Below are positions 47,386-56,882 of a stretch of 58,904 bases of DNA, piece by piece. The stretch comes from Vicinamibacterales bacterium. Lineage in GTDB: Bacteria; Acidobacteriota; Vicinamibacteria; Vicinamibacterales; SCN-69-37. Numbering within the stretch: the first letter of the stretch is position 1; every line of letters starts with the position of its first letter. The DNA lies in the NCBI GenBank assembly GCA_046598935.1, contig JBKJHW010000071.1, positions 1 to 58,904 of the forward strand. Direction: 5' to 3'. Position numbers and translations under genes: made by a program. The notes beneath the pieces were generated by a model. That model did not search any database. It had not been told where the DNA came from and saw only the letters and a program-made list of their open reading frames with translations.

Positions 47386-47435
47386 TTCTATCGGGTTAGC
47401 TGGTTATCGGCTATTGAAGGATCGGCTATCGGCTA
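47386..47435 (-). repeat. Copy of the rplU-rpmA spacer element, between the CoA-transferase stop and the uvrA start
   Basis: Minus strand reads TAGCCGATAGCC GATCCTTCAATA GCCG ATAACCAG CTAACCC GATAGAA; see 36205..36261. Confidence 0.7.
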
Positions 47436-48523
47436 TCGATTAACTGGTTGTCCTGCCCTAGCGCCGGCGCCGCGCTGAGGGGGGCCGGGTCAGAAATGAA
47501 CGGCGCGCGGAACGCGCAAACGCCTTGAGCCTCAACGAGCAGATTCCGCGCGGCCACGTGCGGGTCCGCCAACGTCTCGGCCGGCGAGTTGACCGCGGAG
47601 AGGCAGGCTGAGCGGGCGGCAAAAAGGTCGAGCCACTCCGCGCGGCTCCGCGTGAGAAAAAGAGTGCGAACCTCGTCGAGCAACGCGCCCTGGTCGGCTT
47701 CATCCGAGCGCTGGCGCGGTTTCCAGTCCGGCCGGCCGACGACTTCGCAGAACGTCTCCCAGAACTTCGGCTCGAGGGCCCCGAGCGCGATGCGCTGGCC
47801 GTCGTTCGTGTCGTACACGTTGTACGTCGCGTGCCGCCCGAACGTTGGAAGCTCGCCGACAGCCCGGTCGCCACGCGCCAGGAGCTCGCGCGCCGCGGGC
47901 AGCATCATCCAGTAGAGGACTGCGTCGTGCATCGAGATATCGAGGGACGCGCCCTCGCCCGTTCGCTCGCGCGCGAAGAGCGCAGCAAGAATTCCGGCGA
48001 CCGCGCTCATAGCGCCGCCGCCGACATCGGCGATGAACATGCGCGGCAGAGTGACGATGCCCGGCCGATCGACGGCGAGTAGCCCGCCCTCGGCGACGTA
48101 ATTCAGATCGTGCCCGGGCTTCTCCGCATTCGGTCCGGTCTGCCCGTAGCCGGTGATCGCGCAGTGAATCAGTCGCGGACGCGTCGCGCGCAACTGCTCG
48201 GCGGAGACGCCGATCGACTTCGCCGTCGACGGCCGGAAACTCTCCACGATGACATCGGCGGTGTCGAGCAAGCCGCTGATGAGTTTCAGAGTTTCCGCGT
48301 TGCGGAGTTCTACCGCGATGCTCTTCTTGCCGCGGTTCAAAAGCAGGTGATACAGGCCCTGGCCGTCGAGCGACGGCGGCAGGTGGCGCGTCGGGTCTCC
48401 GTGCGTTCGGTCCTCGACCTTGATGACGTCGGCGCCGAGCTCCGCGAGCATAAGCGTGGCGAAATTGCCCGGAATCAGCCGGGAGAAATCGAGCACCCGG
48501 ATGCCCGAGAGGGGGTATTTCAT
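47426..48523 (-). CDS. Family III CoA-transferase (CaiB/BaiF family)
   Basis: [33 protein letters not shown]-terminal signature. Confidence 0.85.
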   Translation of the reverse strand: MKYPLSGIRVLDFSRLIPGNFATLMLAELGADVIKVEDRTHGDPTRHLPPSLDGQGLYHLLLNRGKKSIAVELRNAETLKLISGLLDTADVIVESFRPSTAKSIGVSAEQLRATRPRLIHCAITGYGQTGPNAEKPGHDLNYVAEGGLLAVDRPGIVTLPRMFIADVGGGAMSAVAGILAALFARERTGEGASLDISMHDAVLYWMMLPAARELLARGDRAVGELPTFGRHATYNVYDTNDGQRIALGALEPKFWETFCEVVGRPDWKPRQRSDEADQGALLDEVRTLFLTRSRAEWLDLFAARSACLSAVNSPAETLADPHVAARNLLVEAQGVCAFRAPFISDPAPLSAAPALGQDNQLIDSR

Positions 48524-48537
48524 CTATTACTCCGCGA

Positions 48538-50049
48538 CTACGATGGCTTGTTCAGCTTGCTGTGGCGATAGCCGTAGACGACGTAGACGACGACGCCGAT
48601 CGCAAGCCACCACGCAAACCGCTCCCAGGCGAGGCGCGGCAGGTTGTACATCAGGTAGAAACAGAGACCCGCGCCAAGACCGCCCACCAGGTGCACGAGC
48701 GGCACGCGGAACGGCCGCGGCCTGTTCGGCTCCCGATGTCGCAGCACGATCACGCCAATGCACACGAGAATGAATGCGAAGAGCGTTCCGATGTTCGTGA
48801 GGTCGTAGGTCTCCGCAGCATCGCCGATCAACGCCCAGCACGCGACAAAAACACCGGTGATGAGCGTCGCCGTACGCGGAATGCGCGTTTTCTGATCGAC
48901 CTTGCTCGCCCACTTCGGCAGCAGGCCGTCGCGGCCCATCGCGAAGAAGATGCGCGGCTGGCCGTACTGAAATACGAGGAGTACTGCAGACATCGATACG
49001 ATCGCGCCGAGCGCGACGATCTTCGCGAGCCACTGCATACCGGTGGCGTTGAGCGCGTAGGCGAGCGGATCGGCCGTCTTGCCGAGATCGGCGGCCGGAA
49101 CCATACCCGTGAGCACGGCGCCGATGATGATGTAGATCACCGTGCAGATCGCGAGGCCGCCCATGATGCCGATCGGAAGATTGCGTTGCGGGTTCTTCGT
49201 CTCTTCAGCCGCGGTCGAAATCGCATCGAAGCCGATGTACGCGAAGAACACGATGGCCGCGCCGTTGCCGATGCCGGCAAGACCATTCGGCGCAAACGGT
49301 GTGTAGTTCGCGGGGTTGATGTGCGTGAGGCCGCCGATGATGAAGATCGCCAGCACTGCGAGCTTGATCACGACCATGACGTTGTTGACGCGCGTGCTTT
49401 CTCTGACACCGCGAAGCAACAACCACGTGATGAACGCGACGATGCCGAACGCCGGCACGTTGATGAGGATCGGAATCGGTCCGATGTGCGGCGCCGAATC
49501 GATCAGGCCGCGGATCGCCGGATCCGAGCTCAGGAGCGCCGTGCGATAACCGGTCGTCAACCAGGCCGGCAACTCAAGCCAGCCGCTCAGGAATGACTTG
49601 AGGTAATCGCCCCACGAGATGGCGACCGCGACGTTGCCGACGGCGTATTCGAGAATGAGGTCCCAGCCGATAATCCACGCGATGAACTCGCCGAGCGTCG
49701 CGTAGGAATACGCGTAGGCACTGCCGGCCTGCGGAATCATCGACGCGAGTTCCGCGTAGCAGAGGCCCGCGAGCGCGCAGCACGCGCCGAGCAGAATGAA
49801 CGAGATGATGAGCGCCGGGCCGGCGCCGAGGCGAATCACTTCGCCGTTCGGTCCAATCTGGCCGGCGGCCGCCGAGCCGATCGATCCGAAGATGCCGGCG
49901 CCGATGACCGCGCCGATCGCCAGCATGATGAGGTCGCCGGCGCTGAGCACGCGCTTCAATCCATATGACGCCTCCGACGTCCCGGACTGCGCCGTCTCGG
50001 ACGTCTCTGCCATCAGCGCTTCGATTGGTTTAACGCGCAGCAAACTCAT
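48538..50049 (-). CDS. APC-superfamily amino acid permease
   Basis: About 12 TM segments, ..LKR.LS..DL...AIGAVIGAGIF... Start set at MSLLRVKP (50049), ATGA overlap with the upstream stop. Confidence 0.85.
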   Translation of the reverse strand: MSLLRVKPIEALMAETSETAQSGTSEASYGLKRVLSAGDLIMLAIGAVIGAGIFGSIGSAAAGQIGPNGEVIRLGAGPALIISFILLGACCALAGLCYAELASMIPQAGSAYAYSYATLGEFIAWIIGWDLILEYAVGNVAVAISWGDYLKSFLSGWLELPAWLTTGYRTALLSSDPAIRGLIDSAPHIGPIPILINVPAFGIVAFITWLLLRGVRESTRVNNVMVVIKLAVLAIFIIGGLTHINPANYTPFAPNGLAGIGNGAAIVFFAYIGFDAISTAAEETKNPQRNLPIGIMGGLAICTVIYIIIGAVLTGMVPAADLGKTADPLAYALNATGMQWLAKIVALGAIVSMSAVLLVFQYGQPRIFFAMGRDGLLPKWASKVDQKTRIPRTATLITGVFVACWALIGDAAETYDLTNIGTLFAFILVCIGVIVLRHREPNRPRPFRVPLVHLVGGLGAGLCFYLMYNLPRLAWERFAWWLAIGVVVYVVYGYRHSKLNKPS

Positions 50050-51134
50050 GAATTTTCCGCAATCGGCATAGGGGCCGAGAGCATACCATCCAGTTTCCAC
50101 ACGGTATCGTTCGATGCGAGCACGGTGGCCGGCTCGGAGTGCTGTCCACCGGAGCCCTGGCCAAAGTGGAATGCCACGCCGACCAGGGTCGGCGCTGCAA
50201 CGATCAGCTCGGGCTCGGCTGAATCAGAAGTGACGTCCAGCCTGAAGAGACCCGCTGATCCGGCGAGCGCGTCCACGACGTAGAAGTCGCCGCGGGAGTC
50301 GAACGCAATGCCCTGAGGCCGCCCGAACTTGTCGCTGACGACATCGACCAGCCGCTCCGGGGAGATCCGGTAGATCGCGTCGTGCGTCGCGAGCGTCGGC
50401 GCCGACACGTACAGACAATCGTCGGGGCCGAATGCCAGATGAAACGCGGCGACGCTTGCCGGAAGCGTCGCGTACGTCTCGACCTGACGATCGGGATGGA
50501 CGCGGAAAATCGTGCCGGAGCGGTCGCCGACGAAAAGATCGCCGTTCGGTGAAAACGCCAGACCTGTCGCGACGCCGAGTTCCGTCGCGTACCGCTCGGC
50601 GTTCTGATCATCGAGGAGTCGATAGACGCTGCCGTCAAAGCGGCTCGAGACGTAGAGCAAACCGTCAGGCCCCATGGCCAGCGAGGTCGGGTTGCCGACC
50701 TCCACCGGTAACGGCGTCTTCACGCCATCGTCGCTGATTCGAAACAGCGGCACCTGCGGCTTGGCGTCGCGCGATCCGCTGCGTGTGGCATACAACCGGC
50801 CCTCGCGATCGAACACCGGGCTGTCGACCTGGTGCACGTCCGTCGCGAAGATCGCGCCGACGATCACGCGGCCGGAGACGCCGGGCAGCTCGTCGATGCG
50901 CACGATCTGCTCGCCGGCCTCGGCGTCGGCGGGAATCAGGATCGTGAGGCCTCGCGGCGACGCGGCGACGACGCGCGCCACTTTGTCTCCGACAAATGCG
51001 TGCGGCAGTCCCTCTATCGGAAGAACGAGATGCGAGGCTCGAATAGCGACGCGGGCGCCGGGCACCGCGCGCCCCGGCACAACGGTCAGTGGCTCGGGGG
51101 TGAGATCGCGCCGTTTGTCAGGAGTCTTCGTCAA
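50046..51134 (-). CDS. Beta-propeller protein (NHL / SMP-30-gluconolactonase-like repeats) with N-terminal Ig-like segment
   Basis: Repeated ..GLA..PDG.LYV.. / ..GIAFDS.GDFYV.. blades. No signal peptide seen. Confidence 0.55.
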   Translation of the reverse strand: MTKTPDKRRDLTPEPLTVVPGRAVPGARVAIRASHLVLPIEGLPHAFVGDKVARVVAASPRGLTILIPADAEAGEQIVRIDELPGVSGRVIVGAIFATDVHQVDSPVFDREGRLYATRSGSRDAKPQVPLFRISDDGVKTPLPVEVGNPTSLAMGPDGLLYVSSRFDGSVYRLLDDQNAERYATELGVATGLAFSPNGDLFVGDRSGTIFRVHPDRQVETYATLPASVAAFHLAFGPDDCLYVSAPTLATHDAIYRISPERLVDVVSDKFGRPQGIAFDSRGDFYVVDALAGSAGLFRLDVTSDSAEPELIVAAPTLVGVAFHFGQGSGGQHSEPATVLASNDTVWKLDGMLSAPMPIAENS

Positions 51135-51654
51135 GCTCGACGTTCCAGTACACGTAATCGCGCCAGCTTTCCGGCGCGTTGCGCAACCCGAACGCGATCC
51201 GTACGGCCGGCGCCTTGTCGGGCTTCCGCGGCAGCCGCTTGAGATGCATGCCCGCCTGCGCGGGCGTGCGTCCGCCCTTCTTGCGGTTGCACGCGATGCA
51301 GCAGGTGACGATGTTTTCCCAGTCTTTGCGGCCGCCCTGGGCCACTGGCATAACGTGATCGAACGTCAGCTCGGCCGTCGGCAGTTTCTCCGCGCAGTAC
51401 TGGCAGGTGTGGTGATCGCGCGCGTAGATGTTCGCGCGCGAAAAAGGGACGTAGTCGACCTTTCGGCGCACACGGATACGGCGCAGCAGCCGGATGACCG
51501 ATGGCAGCTTCATACTGAACGTCACCGCCCGGATCTCGCGGTCATGCACCGCGACGATCTCGACCTTACCCTGGCACCAGAGGGTGATCGCTTTCTGCCA
51601 ATGGACAACCTGCAGCGGCTCGTAACCCGCGTTGAGCAGCAGCGTTTGCTCCAT
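51118..51654 (-). CDS. Stand-alone HNH endonuclease
   Basis: CQYC...L.FDHV.P...GG...WENIVTCC..CN..K motif. 17-nt overlap with the downstream propeller gene. Confidence 0.8.
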   Translation of the reverse strand: MEQTLLLNAGYEPLQVVHWQKAITLWCQGKVEIVAVHDREIRAVTFSMKLPSVIRLLRRIRVRRKVDYVPFSRANIYARDHHTCQYCAEKLPTAELTFDHVMPVAQGGRKDWENIVTCCIACNRKKGGRTPAQAGMHLKRLPRKPDKAPAVRIAFGLRNAPESWRDYVYWNVELDEDS

Positions 51655-51704
51655 CTTGGCCGGATTATAACGATAAAAGCCCCCGCGGCCGATAAGCCCG
51701 GACG

Positions 51705-52256
51705 ATGTCTCCGCGACATGTCGTGTCGTTGATGTTTGCTGGCCTCACGCTCTCGGCGTGCGCCACGGCAAACAGCGCCGGCGTGCCCCGGCCGAATCCG
51801 TTCCCTGAACCAGCCTCCAGGCCGTCGATCTTCAAGCCTGAGCCGAAAGACATCGGCGCGATGCCGCCGCCCGGCATCACGTCATTCAGTACCCGGTCAT
51901 TTCTGGCCAGCGCGGAGAACTTGCGCGGCGTGCCCTACCGGCTCGGCGGTGAGTCGCCGCAAAACGGCTTCGACTGCAGCGGCTACACCAGATATGTCTT
52001 CGGCCTGTATCGCATCAAGCTGCCGCGCACCGTCGCCGAGCAGTTCGGCGCCGGCAGGCCGGCGGGCGGGTCGATCAAGGCGGGCGATCTTCTCTTTTTC
52101 AGGATGGCAGGTCCGAAATCGCCTGTGTCGCACGTGGCGCTCGCGCTCAGCCCGGACGAATTCATTCACGCACCCGGCACGGACGGCAAGGTGCGAAACG
52201 AAAAGCTCTCGCCGTACTGGCGCAGCCGGTTCGTCACGGCGCGTCGGATTCTGTAA
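51705..52256 (+). CDS. NlpC/P60 (C40) peptidoglycan endopeptidase lipoprotein
   Basis: Lipobox LTLSAC, catalytic GFDCSGY..., ..HVALAL.....IHAP. Confidence 0.85.
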   Translation: MSPRHVVSLMFAGLTLSACATANSAGVPRPNPFPEPASRPSIFKPEPKDIGAMPPPGITSFSTRSFLASAENLRGVPYRLGGESPQNGFDCSGYTRYVFGLYRIKLPRTVAEQFGAGRPAGGSIKAGDLLFFRMAGPKSPVSHVALALSPDEFIHAPGTDGKVRNEKLSPYWRSRFVTARRIL

Positions 52257-52263
52257 AACGATG

Positions 52264-52947
52264 TCATTTTCCGTCGGGCGGCGTGACGCCGCCCATGCGG
52301 CGAAGGATGATCGCCTGGCGGCGCAACAGTCGGCCGTTCGGGCGCGCGGGACTGTACCGAATCGGATTGATGATCGCTCCGGCCATGAGCGCCGCTTGCT
52401 CGCGCGACAGGTCCGACGCTGACACGCCGAAGTACGCCCGCGCGGCGGCTTCGCAGCCCCAGATGCCGTCGCCCCATTCGATCAGGTTCAGATAGAGCTC
52501 GAGGATGCGCTGCTTCGAGAGCTCCGCCTCGAGACGGCGCGCGATCAGAAACTCGCTGAGCTTGCGCGATGGGTTGCGCGACGGCGAGAGGTACAGGTTC
52601 TTCGCCAGTTGCTGCGTAATCGTCGACGCGCCGCGCAGCGGTTCGCCGTTTTCCCAACTATCTTCGATCGACGCCTTGATCTCGTCATAGTCCACGCCGT
52701 CGTGCGACCAGAACGCGCTGTCTTCGGCGTACAGAACCGCCTTCTTGAGATTGTTCGAGATTCGTCCGTAGCTGACCCAGCGCTGATTTTTCCGGACGGG
52801 CTTCCCCGCCGCGTGCGCCTGCGCGGCGCGCATATCCATCCACGCCGTGGAGGCCGGAACGGTTTTCTTCAGCGGACGCACGTCGGGCAACGTGATCCAG
52901 ATGTAGCCCAGCACGACGAAACCAAACGCCGCCGCCGCCAGCAACAC
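52264..52947 (-). CDS. mtgA: Monofunctional peptidoglycan glycosyltransferase
   Basis: GT51 motifs AEDS.FW.H.G.D, RGASTITQQLAKNL, R...E. Confidence 0.85.
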   Translation of the reverse strand: MLLAAAAFGFVVLGYIWITLPDVRPLKKTVPASTAWMDMRAAQAHAAGKPVRKNQRWVSYGRISNNLKKAVLYAEDSAFWSHDGVDYDEIKASIEDSWENGEPLRGASTITQQLAKNLYLSPSRNPSRKLSEFLIARRLEAELSKQRILELYLNLIEWGDGIWGCEAAARAYFGVSASDLSREQAALMAGAIINPIRYSPARPNGRLLRRQAIILRRMGGVTPPDGK

Positions 52948-52973
52948 GCGGCCGACGAGCCGGAGAGAAAAGA

Positions 52974-54077
52974 TCAGCGCGACACCTCACGAAAGGCCTT
53001 CAACACCAGGTCGACATTCTGTTCAGTAGACCCGGCGCCCATCAGACCTACACGGAATATTTTCCCCGCGAGCGGCCCCAGCCCGGCGCCAATCTCGATT
53101 CGTTGTTCGGCCAGCAAACGCTTCCGAACCACGGCGTCGTCAACTCCCGCCGGCACATTGACCGCGTTGAGACTCCACGATCGATCGGCCGTCGACGGCA
53201 GGAGCGACCAGCCCATCGCCTCCAACCCGGAAACGAATCGCCGATGGTTCTCGTGGTGGCGCTGCCATCGGGCATCGAGTGTTTCGCGATCGACTTCGCT
53301 CAACGCCGCGTAGAGCGCCCACACCAACGGCGCCGACATCGTGTGGTGATACTTGCGCCCCGACCAGTACGCGTCGAGCAGATCGAGGTCGAAATAGAAG
53401 CTCCGGCACTTCACCTTCCGCGCGAGCGCGCGCGGCGTAAACAGCACGGGCGCCAGACCCGAAGGCGCGCCAATTCCCTTCTGCGAGCAGGTGTAGGCCG
53501 CATCGACGCCGCCGGCGGCGGCATCGAACGGCATCGCGCCGATGGAGGTGACGGCGTCGACGATCATCAGCGCGTCGTGTTCACGAGCCGCGGCGGCGAT
53601 TTCGCGAATCGGGTTCACGACGCCGGTCGATGTCTCGACATGGACGGCAGCCACGAGGTCGTACTTCTGCCGTTTGAGTTGAGCCGCGATCGTCTGAGGT
53701 TCAGCCGGCTGACCCCATGTGAAGTTCACTCGTTCTACGTCGGCGCCATAGCGCTCGAACATCTGCGCGAGACGGTCGCCGAAATATCCGGTCACCACAA
53801 CGAGCGCCCGCTTGCCGGGTTCGACGAGATTCGCGACGACCGTTTCCATGCCGGAGGTGCCCGTGCCGGAAATCGGCGCGGCGATCGATCCTTGCGGCGC
53901 GCCAAACACGCGCGCCAGCATCGCGCGCACATCGTCGAGCACCGCCATGAATTCGGGATCGAGGTGCGAGCGCGACGGAGCGCTGAGTGCGGCCCGGACC
54001 GCTGGCGAGATCGGAGACGGCCCGGGTCCCAGCAGCAGAACGTCGGATTGGGGAACTGAGACGGGTGGGATCGGCAT
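52974..54077 (-). CDS. Class V aminotransferase (alanine/serine--glyoxylate aminotransferase-like)
   Basis: LLLGPGPSPISP.., ..SGTGTSGME.., PLP lysine context CSQKGIGAPSG. Start set at MPIPPVS (54077) rather than track 54437. Confidence 0.85.
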   Translation of the reverse strand: MPIPPVSVPQSDVLLLGPGPSPISPAVRAALSAPSRSHLDPEFMAVLDDVRAMLARVFGAPQGSIAAPISGTGTSGMETVVANLVEPGKRALVVVTGYFGDRLAQMFERYGADVERVNFTWGQPAEPQTIAAQLKRQKYDLVAAVHVETSTGVVNPIREIAAAAREHDALMIVDAVTSIGAMPFDAAAGGVDAAYTCSQKGIGAPSGLAPVLFTPRALARKVKCRSFYFDLDLLDAYWSGRKYHHTMSAPLVWALYAALSEVDRETLDARWQRHHENHRRFVSGLEAMGWSLLPSTADRSWSLNAVNVPAGVDDAVVRKRLLAEQRIEIGAGLGPLAGKIFRVGLMGAGSTEQNVDLVLKAFREVSR

Positions 54078-54088
54078 GGAGAATTGAT

Positions 54089-54976
54089 TTATGGCGAAAT
54101 GGCGCGCAGCGCGCCTTCGATTTCCGCGCGCGCGGCGGCGCTGAGCGGCTGCATCGGTAATCGCGGCGCGCCCCCGTGGTGGCCTGCGATCTCCATCGCA
54201 GCCTTCAGCCCGGCGATGCTGTGCACGGTCGTGACGAGCCGCGCGAACGGCGTGATCTTCTGCTGCGCCGCCAGCGCTTCTGCGTGCTGGCCGGCGCGCG
54301 AGAGGGAAAAGATGTCGGTGCACAACTGAGGCACGACACAGGCCGCCGCCAAAATTCCGCCGCCGGCGCCGCTCACAAGCGCCGGATAGATCACCGGCGC
54401 CGCACCGCACAGCACTGTGAATCCCTGCGGCGCGCAAGCGACAAACTGGCCGAGCCGCTCGAGCTCAACGCTCGTTTCCTTGATACCGATGATGTTCGGA
54501 TGCGCGGCGAGTTTCTCGACGATCGCCGGCGTCAGCGTGACGCCGGTGACGCTGGGCATGTTGTAGAGGACGACAGGAACCGGCGACGCGTCCGCGACCG
54601 CGCGATAGTGACCCAGCAACGCGTCCGGCGTCATCGATCCCTTGAAAAACATCGGCGTACGAACGAGAACCGCGTCAGCGCCTGTCGCCGCGGCGCGCTT
54701 GCTCGCAACGACTGTTTGAACTGTGGATTCTCTTCCCGTGCCCGCCAGCAGCGTGCGCCCCGCCGGCATCTCCGCGCGAGCCGCTTCGACGACCTCGACG
54801 CATTCGTCGTCATCGAGCATCGGCGCTTCGCCGTTCGACCCAAGCACGAGAACGCCGATGAGGTCGGTCGTCATCCAGTACTTCACATTGGCCCGGATCG
54901 CCCGCGTGTCGACGCGGCCGTCGGCACTGAAGACGGTCGGCATCGGCGGAAAAATTCCGTTAAGTCGAACGGCCAT
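54089..54976 (-). CDS. DapA/DHDPS-family class I aldolase (substrate unknown)
   Basis: GSNGE, ..YN.P..TG.., IIGIKETS (Schiff-base Lys). Start set at MAVRLNGIFPP (54976). Confidence 0.8.
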   Translation of the reverse strand: MAVRLNGIFPPMPTVFSADGRVDTRAIRANVKYWMTTDLIGVLVLGSNGEAPMLDDDECVEVVEAARAEMPAGRTLLAGTGRESTVQTVVASKRAAATGADAVLVRTPMFFKGSMTPDALLGHYRAVADASPVPVVLYNMPSVTGVTLTPAIVEKLAAHPNIIGIKETSVELERLGQFVACAPQGFTVLCGAAPVIYPALVSGAGGGILAAACVVPQLCTDIFSLSRAGQHAEALAAQQKITPFARLVTTVHSIAGLKAAMEIAGHHGGAPRLPMQPLSAAARAEIEGALRAISP

Positions 54977-55961
54977 GCCCGCCGAGACTATCAAACCCCA
55001 ACAAGTTCGCGCGCTCGGCCGTGCCGGCGCCGGCCAGCTGCACGGCGAGCACCACGACAAACAACGCGGCCGCGGGCGCGAGCATCCACGGCGCCTCCGT
55101 CATCACCCGCACGTTCGCTGCGTCCTGCAGCATCGTCCCCCAGCTCGGCGAGGGTTCGGGAAAGCCGAGACCGAGAAACGAGATCGCGGCTTCAGCCGAG
55201 AGCAGCGCGGGAATCAGCAGCACGAGCTCGGCGGCGAGAAACCCTCGCGTTGCCGGCAACACGTGCGCGAGCACGCGCCATCGGCCGCCGCCGGCCGCGC
55301 GCGCGGCCTCGACGTAATCGCGTGAGCGCTCGACGATGACGATGGCGCGAACGCCGCGGGCGACATGGGGCCAAGCCGCGACGGCAAAGAGCGCAGCCAT
55401 CAATAAGAAGACGTCCCAGGTCGAAAGCACCAGCGGCAGCATCGCGCGTAAGACGAGAACAAGATAGACACCGGGCAGCACAAGGACGAAGTCGGCGATG
55501 CGCATAAGCCACCGGTCGGTTCGACCGCCGGTGATGCCTGCGAATCCGCCGACAAGAGCGCCGAACAGCAACGCGCCGAGAGCGCCCGCGATCGTGACGC
55601 CGAGAGACCATCTCGCTCCAAGGACGAGACGGGAGAACACGTCTCGTCCGAGAGGGTCGCCTCCGAGGAGCATCAGGGGCTGATCGGCTTTCGCGGTGGT
55701 CAATGGCCAATGGTCAATGGTCAATGAAACTCTCGCGGTCTGGTCGATGCGAAACTCGCGCCGCAGGCGGTCGACCATCGTCATCGGTCGAATGAAGGGC
55801 GCGTGCAATCCGTTGTCCCAGATGTGCACGCGCGTCGGCGGTGCGTAGCCGCGGTGTTCGATCTGGTCTCCCGCGCGATGCGGCGCAAGCATCGGCGCGG
55901 CGAGCGTGACGACGCTCACGAGCGCGATCAACGCCCACCCCATGCGCGCGCGGGACATCAT
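54960..55961 (-). CDS. ABC transporter permease, peptide/nickel (OppC/DppC) type
   Basis: Start MMSRARMGW (55961, ATGA overlap). EAA-like loop ..YVEAARAAGG.RWRVL..H.LP. Track ORF to 56666 is an artefactual extension. Confidence 0.85.
   Translation of the reverse strand: MMSRARMGWALIALVSVVTLAAPMLAPHRAGDQIEHRGYAPPTRVHIWDNGLHAPFIRPMTMVDRLRREFRIDQTARVSLTIDHWPLTTAKADQPLMLLGGDPLGRDVFSRLVLGARWSLGVTIAGALGALLFGALVGGFAGITGGRTDRWLMRIADFVLVLPGVYLVLVLRAMLPLVLSTWDVFLLMAALFAVAAWPHVARGVRAIVIVERSRDYVEAARAAGGGRWRVLAHVLPATRGFLAAELVLLIPALLSAEAAISFLGLGFPEPSPSWGTMLQDAANVRVMTEAPWMLAPAAALFVVVLAVQLAGAGTAERANLLGFDSLGGHGRST
55698..55725. repeat. 28-nt four-heptad module; reverse complement ATTGACC|ATTGACC|ATTGGCC|ATTGACC is 26/28 identical to 30933..30960
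   Basis: Read directly. Lies in frame in the permease periplasmic loop (..SLTIDHWPLTT..). Confidence 0.8.
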
Positions 55962-56866
55962 GCCGTCTCCCGCGCGCGCGGGTCGACCAGCGCGCGCAAC
56001 AGATCTGCCGCGACGTTGCCCACGGCGAGAAACACGGCGCCTGCGAGCGCGCAACCGGCGACCAGATCGATGTCGCGCCCGCGCAGCGCGTCGTACATCA
56101 GGCGCCCGAGCCCTGGCCACGATGTCACCATCTCGACGACGAGCGAGCCGCCGAACAAACTGCCGATCACGATGCCGTAGATGCCGAGTACTGGCCGCAG
56201 CGATTGGCGCGCCGCGTGGACCCAGATCAGTCGCGAGCGCGGCACGCCGCGCGCAGCGGCGGCGAGAAGATCGGGCGCGGCCACAACATCGCGCACGGCC
56301 TGGGCCTGGAGGCGCTCGAGCGTCGCGGCCAGCGGGAGCGCGAGCGCGAGGGCCGGCAGTATCAACGATCCCGGCGCCGGAGAAAGCCAGCCTGTCGTCG
56401 CGGCGACAAACAAGAGAAGAAGGGAAAAGACCAGCGGCGGGCAGGACAGCAGCACCAGTGACACCGGCTCGATGACGCGCGCCATCCAATGGCGCGGTGT
56501 CGCGCCGCTGACGATACCGAGCGGAATGCCGATCAAGGTCGCAAGAAGGAGTGCCGCCGATGCGAGCAGCGCGGTATCGCCGGCGCGTTCCAACACAAGC
56601 TCGCCGACCGGGCGCCGAAACTGGGAAGACGTGCCGAGGTCGCCCGCTGCGAGGCCGCGCGCCCACCGCAGCATCTGGCGCGGAAAGGATTGATCGAGCC
56701 CGAGCCGCGCCCGCTCGGCGCGAATAACTTCCGGCGGCGCGCCGACGGCGTTCAGTTCAGTCGTGGCGTCGCCCGGGGCGAAATGCGTTAACACAAAAGA
56801 AGACGCGGCCACCACGAAGACGAACACGATGCCCGCGGCGGCGCGCCGCGCGGCGAATCGGATCAT
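55958..56866 (-). CDS. ABC transporter permease, peptide/nickel (OppB/DppB) type
   Basis: MIRF..RR....I.V...V....F.L....PGD N-terminus, 6 TM segments. Confidence 0.85.
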   Translation of the reverse strand: MIRFAARRAAAGIVFVFVVAASSFVLTHFAPGDATTELNAVGAPPEVIRAERARLGLDQSFPRQMLRWARGLAAGDLGTSSQFRRPVGELVLERAGDTALLASAALLLATLIGIPLGIVSGATPRHWMARVIEPVSLVLLSCPPLVFSLLLLFVAATTGWLSPAPGSLILPALALALPLAATLERLQAQAVRDVVAAPDLLAAAARGVPRSRLIWVHAARQSLRPVLGIYGIVIGSLFGGSLVVEMVTSWPGLGRLMYDALRGRDIDLVAGCALAGAVFLAVGNVAADLLRALVDPRARETA

Positions 56867-56882
56867 TTCCTGACCGCCAGCG

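Noticed and set aside
51118-51654. HNH endonuclease as the core of a restriction or defence system.
   Set aside because: There is no adjacent methyltransferase, helicase, ATPase or specificity gene. Its neighbours are a permease, a beta-propeller protein and cell-wall enzymes.
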